Positions 12,259 to 25,425 of a stretch of 64,000 bases of DNA are shown here, in pieces. A program made the translations under genes and the position numbers. Location of the stretch: assembly GCA_964016885.1 (NCBI GenBank), contig OZ024741.1, positions 305,970,001 through 306,034,000 of the forward strand. Direction: 5' to 3'. Position 1 is the stretch's first letter. Each line of letters starts with the position of its first letter. A model generated the notes under the pieces. It ran no database searches and was not told where the DNA came from. It was given only the letters and a program-made list of their open reading frames with translations. This DNA is from Eledone cirrhosa. Its lineage: Eukaryota.

Positions 12259-15200
12259 GGTGGTGGTGGTGGTGGTGGTGGTGGTGGTGGTGATGGTGGT
12301 GGTGGTGGTGGCAGTGGTGGTGGTGATGATGATGGTGGTGGTGATGGTGGTGGTCGTGATGGAAGTGATGTGGTGGTGATGGTGGTTTTGATGGTGGTGA
12401 TGGTGGTGGTTTTGATGGTGGTGGTGGTGGTGATGGTGGTAGTGGCGGTGGTGATGGTGGTGGTTTTGATGGTGGTGGTGGTGGTGATCGTGGTGGTGGG
12501 GGTGGTTGTGGTTGTGGTAGTGATGTTTATGGTGATGGTGTTCCTGATATTGTTTTAATTTTTGGAGATGGTAGTAGTGGTGATGGCAGTGGTTGTGGTT
12601 GTAGTAGTGGAGTTGTACATGATGTTGTTGGTGGTGGTGTTGTTGGTGGTGGTGTTGGTGGTGGTGTTGTTGGTGGTGGTGTTGGTGGTGGTGTTGTTGG
12701 TGGTGTTGTTGGTGGTGGTGTTGTTGGTGGTGGTGTTGGTGGTGGTGTTGTTGGTGGTGTTGTTGGTGGTGGTGTTGTTAGTGGTGTTGTTGGTGGTGGT
12801 GTTGTTGCTCATGGTGTTGTTGGTGTTGGTGTTGTTGGTGCTGGTGTTGTTGGTGGTGTTATTGGTGGTGGTGTTGTTGGTGGTGGTGTTGGTGGTGGTG
12901 TTATTGGTGGTGGTGTTGTTGGTGGTGGTGTTGGTGGTGGTGTTGTTGGTGGTGGTGTTGGTGGTGGTGTTGTTGCTCATGGTGTTGTTGGTGTTGGTGT
13001 TGTTGGTGTTGGTGTTGTTGGTGGTGGTGTTGTTGGTGGTGGTGTTGTTGGTGTTGGTGTTGTTGGTGGTGGTGTTGTTGGTGGTGGTGTTGTTGGTGGT
13101 GGTGTTGGTGGTGGTGTTGTTGCTCATGGTGTTGTTGGTGTTGGTGTTGTTGGTGGTGGTGTTGTTAGTGGTGTTGTTGGTGGTGTTATTGGTGGTGGTG
13201 TTGTTGGTGGTGGTGTTGGTGGTGGTGTTATTGGTGGTGGTGTTGTTGGTGGTGGTGTTGGTGGTGGTGTTGGTGGTGGTGTTGTTGGTGTTGGTGTTGT
13301 TGGTGGTGGTGTTGTTGGTGGTGGTGTTGTTGGTGTTGGTGTTGTTGGTGGTGGTGTTGTTGGTGGTGTTATTGGTGGTGGTGTTGTTGGTGGTGGTGTT
13401 GGTGGTGGTGTTGTTGGCGTTGGTGTTGTTGGTGGTGGTGTTGTTGGTGGTGGTGTTGTTGGTGGTGGTGTTGTTGGTGGTGGTGTTGGTGGTGGTATTG
13501 TTGGTGTTGGTGTTGTTGGTGGTGGTGTTGTTGGTGGTGTTATTGGTGGTGGTGTTGTTGGTGGTGGTGTTGGTGGTGGTGTTGTTGGTGTTGTTGGTGG
13601 TGGTGTTGTTGGTGGTGTTATTGGTGGTGGTGTTGTTGGTGGTGGTGTTGGTGGTGGTGTTATTGGTGTTGGTGTTGTTGGTGGTGGTGTTGTTGGTGGT
13701 GGTGTTGTTAGTGGTGTTGTTGGTGGTGTTATTGGTGGTGGTGTTGTTGGTGGTGGTGTTGGTGGTGGTGTTATTGGTGGTGGTGTTGTTGGTGGTGGTG
13801 TTGGTGGTGGTGTTGGTGGTGGTGTTGTTGGTGTTGGTGTTGTTGGTGGTGGTGTTGTTGGTGGTGGTGTTGTTGGTGTTGGTGTTGTTGGTGGTGGTGT
13901 TGTTGGTGGTGTTATTGGTGGTGGTGTTGTTGGTGGTGGTGTTGGTGGTGGTGTTGTTGGCGTTGGTGTTGTTGGTGGTGGTGTTGTTGGTGGTGGTGTT
14001 GTTGGTGGTGGTGTTGTTGGTGGTGGTGTTGGTGGTGGTATTGTTGGTGTTGGTGTTGTTGGTGGTGGTGTTGTTGGTGGTGTTATTGGTGGTGGTGTTG
14101 TTGGTGGTGGTGTTGGTGGTGGTGTTGTTGGTGTTGTTGGTGGTGGTGTTGTTGGTGGTGTTATTGGTGGTGGTGTTGTTGGTGGTGGTGTTGGTGGTGG
14201 TGTTATTGGTGTTGGTGTTGTTGGTGGTGGTGTTGTTGGTGGCGGTGTTGTTGGTGGTGGTGTTGTTGGTGGTGGTGTTGTTGGTGGTGTTGTTGGTGGT
14301 GGTGGTGTTGTTGGTGGCGGTGTTGTTGGTGGTGGTGTTGTTGGTGGTGGTGTTGTTGGTGGTGGTGTTGTTGGTGGTGGTGTTGTTGGTGGTGGTGTTG
14401 TTGCTCATGGTGTTGTTGGTGGTGGTGTTGTTGGTGTTGGTGTTGTTGGTGGTGGTGTTGTTGCTCATGGTGTTGTTGGTGGTGGTGTTGTTGGTGGTGG
14501 TGTTGTTGGTGGTGGTGTTGTTGGTGGTGGTGTTGTTGGTGGTGGTGTTGTTGGTGGTGGTGTTGTTGGTGGTGGTGTTGTTGGTGGTGGTGTTGTTGTT
14601 GGTGGTGGTGTTGTTGGTGGTGATGTTGTTGGTGGTGGTGCTGTTGGTGGTGGTGTTGTTGGTGGTGGTGGTGTTATTGGTGGTGGTGTTGTTGTTGGTG
14701 GTGATGTTGTTGGTGGTGGTGCTGTTGGCGGTGGTGTTGTTGGTGGTGGTGTTGTTGGTGGTGGTGTTGTTGGTGGTGGTGTTGTTGTTGGTGGTGGTGT
14801 TATTGGTGGTGGTGTTGTTGGTGGTGGTGTTGTTGGTGGTGGTGTTATTGGTGGTGGTGTTGTTGGTGGTGGTGTTATTGGTGGTGGTGTTATTGGTGGT
14901 GGTGTTGTTGTTGGTGGTGATGTTGTTGGTGGTGGTGCTGTTGCTCATATTGTTGTTGGTGGTGGTGTTGTTGGTGGTGGTGTTATTGGTGGTGGTGTTG
15001 TTGGTGGTGGTGTTGTTGGTGGTGGTGTTGTTGTTGGTGGTGGTGTTGTTGGTGGTGGTGTTGTTGGTGGTGGTGTTGTTGTTGGTGGTGGTGTTGTTGG
15101 TGGTGGTGTTGTTGTTGGTGGTGGTGTTGTTGGTGGTGGTGTTGTTGTTGGTGGTGGTGTTGTTGGTGGTGGTGTTGTTGTTGGTGGTGGTGTTGTTGGT

Positions 15201-18200
15201 GGTGGTGCTGTTGCTCATAGTGTTGTTGGTGGTGTTGTTGGTGGTGGTGTTGTTGGTGGTGGTGTTGTTGGTGGTGGTGTTGTTGGTGGTGGTGTTGTTG
15301 TTGGTGGTGGTGTTGTTGGTGGTGGTGCTGTTGCTCATAGTGTTGTTGGTGGTGGTGTTGTTGTTGGTGGTGATGTTGTTGGTGGTGGTGCTGTTGCTCA
15401 TAGTGTTGTTGGTGGTGTTGTTGGTGGTGGTGTTGTTGGTGGTGGTGTTGTTGTTGGTGGTGATGTTGTTGGTGGTGGTGTTATTGGTGGTGGTGTTGTT
15501 GTTGGTGGTGGTGTTGTTGGTGGTGGTGTTGTTGGTGGTGATGTTGTTGGTGGTGGTGCTGTTGCTCATAGTGTTATTGGTGGTGGTGTTGTTGGTGGTG
15601 GTGTTGTTGTTGGTGGTGGTGTTATTGGTGGTGGTGTTGTTGGTGGTGATGTTGTTGGTGGTGGTGCTGTTGCTCATAGTGTTGTTGGTGGTGGTGTTGT
15701 TGGTGGTGGTGTTATTGGTGGTGGTGTTGTTGGTGGTGGCGGTGTTGTTGGTGGTGGTGTTGTTGATGGTGGTGTTGTTGGTGGCGGTGTTGTTGGTGGT
15801 GGTGTTGTTGGTGGTGGTGTTGTTGGTGGTGGTGTTGTTGCTTATAGTGTTGGTGGTGGCGGTGTTGTTGGTGGTGGTGTTGTTGGTGGTGGTGTTGTTG
15901 GTGGTGGTGTTGTTGGTGGTGATGTTGTTGGTGGTGGTGTTGTTGGTGGTGATGTTGTTGCTTATAGTGTTGGTGGTGGCGGTGTTGTTGGTGGTGGTGT
16001 TGTTGATGGTGGTGTTGTTGGTGGTGGTGTTGTTGGTGGTGGTGTTGTTGGTGGTGGTGTTGTTGGTGGTGGTGTTGTTGGTGGTGGTGTTGTTGGTGGT
16101 GATGTTGTTGCTTATAGTGTTGGTGGTGGCGGTGTTGTTGGTGGTGGTGTTGTTGATGGTGGTGTTGTTGGTGGTGGTGTTGTTGGTGGTGGTGTTGTTG
16201 GTGGTGGTGTTGTTGGTGGTGGTGTTGTTGGTGGTGTTGTTAGTGGTGGTGTTGTTGGTGGTGTTGTTAGTGGTGGTGTTGTTGGTGGTGGTGTTGTCGG
16301 TGGTGGTGCTGTTGGTGTTGGTGTTGTTGGTGTTGGTGTTGTTGGTGGTGGTGTTGTTGGTGGTGGCGGTGTTGTTGGTGGTGGTGTTATTGGTGGTGGT
16401 GTTGTTGGTGGTGGTGTTGTTGGTGGTGGTGTTGTTGGTGGTGGTGGTGTTGGTGGTGATGTTGTTGGTGGTGGTGTTGTTGGTGGTGGTGTTGTTGGTG
16501 GTGGTGTTGTTGGTGGTGGTGTTATTGGTGGTGGTGTTGTTGGTGGTGGTGTTGTTGGTGGTGGTGTTGTTGGTGGTGGTGTTGTTGGTGGTGGTGTTGT
16601 TGGTGGTGGTGTTGTTGGTGGTGGTGTTGTTGGTGGTGGTGTTGTTGGTGGTGGTGTTGTTGGTGGTGGTGTTGTTGGTGGTGGTGGTGTTGGTGGTGAT
16701 GTTGTTGGTGGTGGTGTTGTTGGTGGCGGTGTTGTTGATGGTGGTGTTGTTGATGGTGGTGTTGTTGGTGGTGGTGTTGTTGGTGGTGGTGTTGTTGATG
16801 GTGGTGCTGTTGGTGGTGGTGTTGTTGGTGGTGGTGTTGTTGGTGGTGGTGTTGTTGGTGGTGGTGTTGTTGCTCATAGTGTTGTTGGTGGTGGTGTTGT
16901 TGGTGGAGGTGTTGTTGGTGGTGGTGCTGTTGGTGGTGATGTTGTTGGTGGTGGTGTTGTTGGTGGTGGTGTTGTTGGTGGTGGTGCTGTTGGTGGTGAT
17001 GTTGTTGGTGGTGGTGTTGTTGGTGGTGGTGTTGTTGGTGGTGATGTTGTTGGTGGTGGTGTTGTTGGTGGTGGTGTTGTTGGTGGTGATGTTGTTGGTG
17101 GTGGTGCTGTTGGTGGCGGTGTTGTTGATGATGGTGCTGTTGGTGGTGGTGTTGTTGGTGGTGGTGTTGTTGGTGGCGGTGTTGTTGATGGTGGTGTTGT
17201 TGATGGTGGTGTTGTTGATGGTGGTGTTGTTGGTGGTGGTGTTGTTGGTGGTGGTGTTGTTGATGGTGGTGTTGTTGCTCATAGTGTTGTTGGTGGTGGT
17301 GTTGTTGGTGGAGGTGTTGTTGGTGGTGGTGCTGTTGGTGGTGATGTTGTTGGTGGTGGTGTTGTTGGTGGTGGTGTTGTTGGTGGTGGTGCTGTTGGTG
17401 GTGATGTTGTTGGTGGTGGTGTTGTTGCTCATAGTGTTGTTGGTGGTGGTGTTGTTGGTGGTGGTGTTGTTGGTGGTGGTGCTGTTGGTGGTGATGTTGT
17501 TGGTGGTGGTGGTGTTGTTGGTGGTGGTGTTGTTGGTGGTGATGTTGTTGGTGGTGGTGTTGTTGGTGGTGATGTTGTTGGTGGTGGTGTTGTTGGTGGT
17601 GGTGTTGTTGGTGGTGGTGTTGTTGGTGGTGGTGTTGTTGGTGGTGATGTTGTTGGTGGCGGTGTTGTTGGTGGTGGTGTTGTTGGTGGTGGTGTTGTTG
17701 GTGGTGGTGTTGTTGGTGGTGATGTTGTTGGTGGTGGTGTTGTTGGTGGTGGTGTTGTTGGTGGTGATGTTGTTGGTGGTGGTGTTGTTGGTGGTGGTGT
17801 TGTTGCTCATAGTGTTGTTGGTGGTGGTGTTGTTGGTGGTGGTGTTGTTGGTGGTGGTGTTGTTGGTGGTGGTGTTGTTGGTGGTGATGTTGTTGGTGGT
17901 GGTGTTGTTGGTGGTGTTGTTGGTGGTGGTGGTGTTGTTGGTGGTGGTGTTGGTGGTGGTGTTGTTGGTGGTGGTGTTGTTGCTCATAGTGTTGTTGGTG
18001 GTGGTGTTGTTGGTGGTGGTGTTGTTGGTGGTGGTGTTGTTGGTGGTGGTGTTGTTGGTGGTGATGTTGTTGGTGGTGGTGTTGTTGGTGGTGTTGTTGG
18101 TGGTGGTGGTGTTGTTGGTGGTGGTGTTGTTGGTGGTGTTGTTGGTGGTGGTGTTGTTGGTGGTGGTGTTGTTGCTCATAGTGTTGTTGGTGGTGGTGTT

Positions 18201-21200
18201 GTTGGTGGTGGTGTTGTTGGTGGTGGTGTTGTTGGTGGTGGTGTTGTTGTTGGTGGTGTTGTTGTTGGTGGTGGTGTTGTTGGTGGCGGTGTTGTTGGTG
18301 GTGGTGTTGTTGGTGGTGGTGTTGTTGGTGGTGATGTTGTTGGTGGTGGTGTTGTTGGTGGTGGTGTTGTTGGTTGTGGTGTTGTTGGTGGTGGTGTTGT
18401 TGCTCATAGTGTTGTTGGTGGTGATGTTGTTGGTGGTGATGTTGTTGGTGGTGATGTTGTTGGTGGTGGTGTTGTTGGTGGTGGTGTTGTTGGTGGTGGT
18501 GTTGTTGCTCATAGTGTTGTTGGTGGTGATGTTGTTGGTGGTGATGTTGTTGGTGGTGATGTTGTTGGTGGTGGTGTTGTTGTTGGTGGTGGTGTTGTTG
18601 GTGGCGGTGTTGTTGGTGGTGATGTTGTTGGTGGTGATGTTGTTGGTGGTGGTGTTGTTGTTGGTGGTGTTGTTGTTGGTGGTGGTGTTGTTGGTGGCGG
18701 TGTTGTTGGTGGTGGTGTTGTTGGTGGTGTTGGTGGTGGTGTTGTTGGTGTTGGTGTTGTTGGTGGTGGTGTTGTTGGTGGTGGTGTTGTTGGTGTTGGT
18801 GTTGTTGGTGGTGGTGTTGTTGGTGGTGTTATTGGTGGTGGTGTTGTTGGTGGTGGTGTTGGTGGTGGTGTTGTTGGCGTTGGTGTTGTTGGTGGTGGTG
18901 TTGTTGGTGGTGGTGTTGTTGGTGGTGGTGTTGTTGGTGGTGGTGTTGGTGGTGGTATTGTTGGTGTTGGTGTTGTTGGTGGTGGTGTTGTTGGTGGTGT
19001 TATTGGTGGTGGTGTTGTTGGTGGTGGTGTTGGTGGTGGTGTTGTTGGTGTTGTTGGTGGTGGTGTTGTTGGTGGTGTTATTGGTGGTGGTGTTGTTGGT
19101 GGTGGTGTTGGTGGTGGTGTTATTGGTGTTGGTGTTGTTGGTGGTGGTGTTGTTGGTGGCGGTGTTGTTGGTGGTGGTGTTGTTGGTGGTGGTGTTGTTG
19201 GTGGTGTTGTTGGTGGTGGTGGTGTTGTTGGTGGCGGTGTTGTTGGTGGTGGTGTTGTTGGTGGTGGTGTTGTTGGTGGTGGTGTTGTTGGTGGTGGTGT
19301 TGTTGGTGGTGGTGTTGTTGCTCATGGTGTTGTTGGTGGTGGTGTTGTTGGTGTTGGTGTTGTTGGTGGTGGTGTTGTTGCTCATGGTGTTGTTGGTGGT
19401 GGTGTTGTTGGTGGTGGTGTTGTTGGTGGTGGTGTTGTTGGTGGTGGTGTTGTTGGTGGTGGTGTTGTTGGTGGTGGTGTTGTTGGTGGTGGTGTTGTTG
19501 GTGGTGGTGTTGTTGTTGGTGGTGGTGTTGTTGGTGGTGATGTTGTTGGTGGTGGTGCTGTTGGTGGTGGTGTTGTTGGTGGTGGTGGTGTTATTGGTGG
19601 TGGTGTTGTTGTTGGTGGTGATGTTGTTGGTGGTGGTGCTGTTGGCGGTGGTGTTGTTGGTGGTGGTGTTGTTGGTGGTGGTGTTGTTGGTGGTGGTGTT
19701 GTTGTTGGTGGTGGTGTTATTGGTGGTGGTGTTGTTGGTGGTGGTGTTGTTGGTGGTGGTGTTATTGGTGGTGGTGTTGTTGGTGGTGGTGTTATTGGTG
19801 GTGGTGTTATTGGTGGTGGTGTTGTTGTTGGTGGTGATGTTGTTGGTGGTGGTGCTGTTGCTCATATTGTTGTTGGTGGTGGTGTTGTTGGTGGTGGTGT
19901 TATTGGTGGTGGTGTTGTTGGTGGTGGTGTTGTTGGTGGTGGTGTTGTTGTTGGTGGTGGTGTTGTTGGTGGTGGTGTTGTTGGTGGTGGTGTTGTTGTT
20001 GGTGGTGGTGTTGTTGGTGGTGGTGTTGTTGTTGGTGGTGGTGTTGTTGGTGGTGGTGTTGTTGTTGGTGGTGGTGTTGTTGGTGGTGGTGTTGTTATTG
20101 GTGGTGGTGTTGTTGGTGGTGGTGCTGTTGCTCATAGTGTTGTTGGTGGTGTTGTTGGTGGTGGTGTTGTTGGTGGTGGTGTTGTTGGTGGTGGTGTTGT
20201 TGGTGGTGGTGTTGTTGTTGGTGGTGGTGTTGTTGGTGGTGGTGCTGTTGCTCATAGTGTTGTTGGTGGTGGTGTTGTTGTTGGTGGTGATGTTGTTGGT
20301 GGTGGTGCTGTTGCTCATAGTGTTGTTGGTGGTGTTGTTGGTGGTGGTGTTGTTGGTGGTGGTGTTGTTGTTGGTGGTGATGTTGTTGGTGGTGGTGTTA
20401 TTGGTGGTGGTGTTGTTGTTGGTGGTGGTGTTGTTGGTGGTGGTGTTGTTGGTGGTGATGTTGTTGGTGGTGGTGCTGTTGCTCATAGTGTTATTGGTGG
20501 TGGTGTTGTTGGTGGTGGTGTTGTTGTTGGTGGTGGTGTTATTGGTGGTGGTGTTGTTGGTGGTGATGTTGTTGGTGGTGGTGCTGTTGCTCATAGTGTT
20601 GTTGGTGGTGGTGTTGTTGGTGGTGGTGTTATTGGTGGTGGTGTTGTTGGTGGTGGCGGTGTTGTTGGTGGTGGTGTTGTTGATGGTGGTGTTGTTGGTG
20701 GCGGTGTTGTTGGTGGTGGTGTTGTTGGTGGTGGTGTTGTTGGTGGTGGTGTTGTTGCTTATAGTGTTGGTGGTGGCGGTGTTGTTGGTGGTGGTGTTGT
20801 TGGTGGTGGTGTTGTTGGTGGTGGTGTTGTTGGTGGTGATGTTGTTGGTGGTGGTGTTGTTGGTGGTGATGTTGTTGCTTATAGTGTTGGTGGTGGCGGT
20901 GTTGTTGGTGGTGGTGTTGTTGATGGTGGTGTTGTTGGTGGTGGTGTTGTTGGTGGTGGTGTTGTTGGTGGTGGTGTTGTTGGTGGTGGTGTTGTTGGTG
21001 GTGGTGTTGTTGGTGGTGATGTTGTTGCTTATAGTGTTGGTGGTGGCGGTGTTGTTGGTGGTGGTGTTGTTGATGGTGGTGTTGTTGGTGGTGGTGTTGT
21101 TGGTGGTGGTGTTGTTGGTGGTGGTGTTGTTGGTGGTGGTGTTGTTGGTGGTGTTGTTAGTGGTGGTGTTGTTGGTGGTGTTGTTAGTGGTGGTGTTGTT

Positions 21201-24200
21201 GGTGGTGGTGTTGTCGGTGGTGGTGCTGTTGGTGTTGGTGTTGTTGGTGTTGGTGTTGTTGGTGGTGGTGTTGTTGGTGGTGGCGGTGTTGTTGGTGGTG
21301 GTGTTATTGGTGGTGGTGTTGTTGGTGGTGGTGTTGTTGGTGGTGGTGTTGTTGGTGGTGGTGGTGTTGGTGGTGATGTTGTTGGTGGTGGTGTTGTTGG
21401 TGGTGGTGTTGTTGGTGGTGGTGTTGTTGGTGGTGGTGTTATTGGTGGTGGTGTTGTTGGTGGTGGTGTTGTTGGTGGTGGTGTTGTTGGTGGTGGTGTT
21501 GTTGGTGGTGGTGTTGTTGGTGGTGGTGTTGTTGGTGGTGGTGTTGTTGGTGGTGGTGTTGTTGGTGGTGGTGTTGTTGGTGGTGGTGTTGTTGGTGGTG
21601 GTGGTGTTGGTGGTGATGTTGTTGGTGGTGGTGTTGTTGGTGGCGGTGTTGTTGATGGTGGTGTTGTTGATGGTGGTGTTGTTGGTGGTGGTGTTGTTGG
21701 TGGTGGTGTTGTTGATGGTGGTGCTGTTGGTGGTGGTGTTGTTGGTGGTGGTGTTGTTGGTGGTGGTGTTGTTGGTGGTGGTGTTGTTGCTCATAGTGTT
21801 GTTGGTGGTGGTGTTGTTGGTGGAGGTGTTGTTGGTGGTGGTGCTGTTGGTGGTGATGTTGTTGGTGGTGGTGTTGTTGGTGGTGGTGTTGTTGGTGGTG
21901 GTGCTGTTGGTGGTGATGTTGTTGGTGGTGGTGTTGTTGGTGGTGGTGTTGTTGGTGGTGATGTTGTTGGTGGTGGTGTTGTTGGTGGTGGTGTTGTTGG
22001 TGGTGATGTTGTTGGTGGTGGTGCTGTTGGTGGCGGTGTTGTTGATGGTGGTGCTGTTGGTGGTGGTGTTGTTGGTGGTGGTGTTGTTGGTGGCGGTGTT
22101 GTTGATGGTGGTGTTGTTGATGGTGGTGTTGTTGATGGTGGTGTTGTTGGTGGTGGTGTTGTTGGTGGTGGTGTTGTTGATGGTGGTGTTGTTGCTCATA
22201 GTGTTGTTGGTGGTGGTGTTGTTGGTGGAGGTGTTGTTGGTGGTGGTGCTGTTGGTGGTGATGTTGTTGGTGGTGGTGTTGTTGGTGGTGGTGTTGTTGG
22301 TGGTGGTGCTGTTGGTGGTGATGTTGTTGGTGGTGGTGTTGTTGCTCATAGTGTTGTTGGTGGTGGTGTTGTTGGTGGTGGTGTTGTTGGTGGTGGTGCT
22401 GTTGGTGGTGATGTTGTTGGTGGTGGTGGTGTTGTTGGTGGTGGTGTTGTTGGTGGTGATGTTGTTGGTGGTGGTGTTGTTGGTGGTGATGTTGTTGGTG
22501 GTGGTGTTGTTGGTGGTGGTGTTGTTGGTGGTGGTGTTGTTGGTGGTGGTGTTGTTGGTGGTGATGTTGTTGGTGGCGGTGTTGTTGGTGGTGGTGTTGT
22601 TGGTGGTGGTGTTGTTGGTGGTGGTGTTGTTGGTGGTGATGTTGTTGGTGGTGGTGTTGTTGGTGGTGGTGTTGTTGGTGGTGATGTTGTTGGTGGTGGT
22701 GTTGTTGGTGGTGGTGTTGTTGCTCATAGTGTTGTTGGTGGTGGTGTTGTTGGTGGTGGTGTTGTTGGTGGTGGTGTTGTTGGTGGTGGTGTTGTTGGTG
22801 GTGATGTTGTTGGTGGTGGTGTTGTTGGTGGTGTTGTTGGTGGTGGTGGTGTTGTTGGTGGTGGTGTTGGTGGTGGTGTTGTTGGTGGTGGTGTTGTTGC
22901 TCATAGTGTTGTTGGTGGTGGTGTTGTTGGTGGTGGTGTTGTTGGTGGTGGTGTTGTTGGTGGTGGTGTTGTTGGTGGTGATGTTGTTGGTGGTGGTGTT
23001 GTTGGTGGTGTTGTTGGTGGTGGTGGTGTTGTTGGTGGTGGTGTTGTTGGTGGTGTTGTTGGTGGTGGTGTTGTTGGTGGTGGTGTTGTTGCTCATAGTG
23101 TTGTTGGTGGTGGTGTTGTTGGTGGTGGTGTTGTTGGTGGTGGTGTTGTTGGTGGTGGTGTTGTTGTTGGTGGTGTTGTTGTTGGTGGTGGTGTTGTTGG
23201 TGGCGGTGTTGTTGGTGGTGGTGTTGTTGGTGGTGGTGTTGTTGGTGGTGATGTTGTTGGTGGTGGTGTTGTTGGTGGTGGTGTTGTTGGTTGTGGTGTT
23301 GTTGGTGGTGGTGTTGTTGCTCATAGTGTTGTTGGTGGTGATGTTGTTGGTGGTGATGTTGTTGGTGGTGATGTTGTTGGTGGTGGTGTTGTTGGTGGTG
23401 GTGTTGTTGGTGGTGGTGTTGTTGCTCATAGTGTTGTTGGTGGTGATGTTGTTGGTGGTGATGTTGTTGGTGGTGATGTTGTTGGTGGTGGTGTTGTTGT
23501 TGGTGGTGGTGTTGTTGGTGGCGGTGTTGTTGGTGGTGATGTTGTTGGTGGTGATGTTGTTGGTGGTGGTGTTGTTGTTGGTGGTGTTGTTGTTGGTGGT
23601 GGTGTTGTTGGTGGCGGTGTTGTTGGTGGTGGTGTTGTTGGTGGTGATGTTGTTGGTGGTGGTGTTGTTGGTGGTGGTGTTGTTGGTTGTGGTGTTGTTG
23701 GTGGTGGTGTTGTTGGTGGTGGTGTTGTTGGTGGTGGTGTTGTTGGTGGTGGTGTTGTTGCTTATAGTGTTGTTGGTGGTGGTGTTGTTGGTGGTGATGT
23801 TGTTGGTGGTGATGTTGTTGGTGGTGGTGTTGTTGGTGGTGATGTTGTTGGTGGTGGTGTTGTTGCTTATAGTGTTGTTGGTGGTGGTGTTGTTGGTGGT
23901 GATGTTGTTGGTGGTGATGTTGTTGGTGGTGGTGTTGTTGCTCATAGTGTTGTTGGTGGTGATGTTGTTGGTGGTGGTGGTGTTGTTGGTGGTGATGTTG
24001 TTGGTGGTGATGTTGTTGGTGGTGGTGTTGTTGGTGGTGGTGTTGTTGGTTGTGGTGTTGTTGGTGGTGGTGTTGTTGGTGGTGGTGGTGTTGTTGGTGG
24101 TGGTGTTGTTGGTGGTGATGTTGTTGGTGGTGGTGTTGTTGGTGGTGGTGGTGTTGTTGGTGGTGGTGTTGTTGGTGGTGATGTTGTTGGTGGTGGTGTT

Positions 24201-25425
24201 GTTGGTGGTGGTGTTGTTGGTTGTGGTGTTGTTGGTGGTGGTGTTGTTGGTGGTGGTGTTGTTGGTGGTGGTGTTGTTGGTGGTGGTGTTGTTGCTTATA
24301 GTGTTGTTGGTGGTGGTGTTGTTGGTGGTGATGTTGTTGGTGGTGATGTTGTTGGTGGTGGTGTTGTTGCTCATAGTGTTGCTGGTGGTGATGTTGTTGG
24401 TGGTGGTGGTGTTGTTGGTGGTGATGTTGTTGGTGGTGGTGTTGTTGGTGGTGATGTTGGTGGTGGTGGTGTTGTTGGTGGTGGTGTTGTTGGTGGTGGT
24501 GTTGTTGGTTGTGGTGTTGTTGGTGGTGGTGTTGTTGGTGGTGATGTTGGTGGTGGTGTTGTTGGTGGTGGTGTTGTTGCTTATAGTGTTGTTGGTGGTG
24601 GTGTTGTTGGTGGTGGTGTTGTTGGTGGTGGTGTTGTTGGTGGTGGTGTTGTTGGTGGTGATGATGTTGGTGGTGGTGGTTGTGTTGGTGGTGGTGTTGT
24701 TGGTGGTGGTGTTGTTGCTCATAGTGTTGTTGGTGGTGATGTTGTTGGTGGTGGTGGTGTTGTTGGTGGTGATGTTGTTGGTGGTGGTGTTGTTGGTGGT
24801 GGTGTTGTTGGTTGTGGTGTTGTTGCTTATAGTGTTGTTGGTGGTGGTGTTGTTGGTGGTGGTGTTGTTGGTGGTGGTGTTGTTGGTTGTGGTGTTGTTG
24901 CTTATAGTGTTGTTGGTGGTGGTGTTGTTGGTGGTGATGTTGTTGGTGGTGGTGTTGTTGGTGGTGGTGTTGTTGGTGGTGGTGTTGTTGGTGGTGGTGG
25001 TGTTGTTGGTGGTGATGTTGTTGGTGGTGGTGTTGTTGGTGGTGGTGTTGTTGCTTATAGTGTTGTTGGTGGTGGTGTTGTTGGTGGTGGTGTTGTTGTT
25101 GGTGGTGGTGTTGTTGGTGGTGATGTTGTTGTTGGTGGTGGTGGTGGTGGTGTTGGTGGTGTTGGTGGTGGTGTTGTTGGCGGGGATGGCAGCAGAGGCG
25201 GTGATGCTAATGGAGTTGTTCATGGTATTGTTGTTGTTGTTGTTGGTGATTGTGTTGGTGGTGTTGTTGTTGTTGGTATTGTTGTTGCTAGTGCTGGTAC
25301 TGTTATTGATGTTACTGCTGTTGCTGTTGTTGATGTTACTGTTGATGTTTTTGTTTTTGTTGTTGCTGTTGTAGTAGCAGTTTTCTGTTGATATTGTTGT
25401 CATTATTGTTGTGGTTGTTGTTGTT
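12200..25425. repeat. Giant GTG/TTG triplet satellite, dominant 15-bp unit TTGTTGGTGGTGGTG, with higher-order duplications
   Basis: Direct inspection. Marker variants recur at +4917 bp (13961/18878; 16298/21215) and +543 bp (13418/13961). Confidence 0.97.
12555..25403 (-). other. 4282-codon Asn/Thr ORF (NNTTT)n within the satellite; coding status unsupported
   Basis: The ORF track shows it open. No signal peptide, unique domain or convincing splice sites were seen. Confidence 0.15.

Noticed and set aside
12562-25374. 4270-aa Val/Leu ORF as a real membrane protein
   Set aside because: It is uninterrupted hydrophobic sequence with no loops or charged residues, a by-product of the GTG/TTG satellite.
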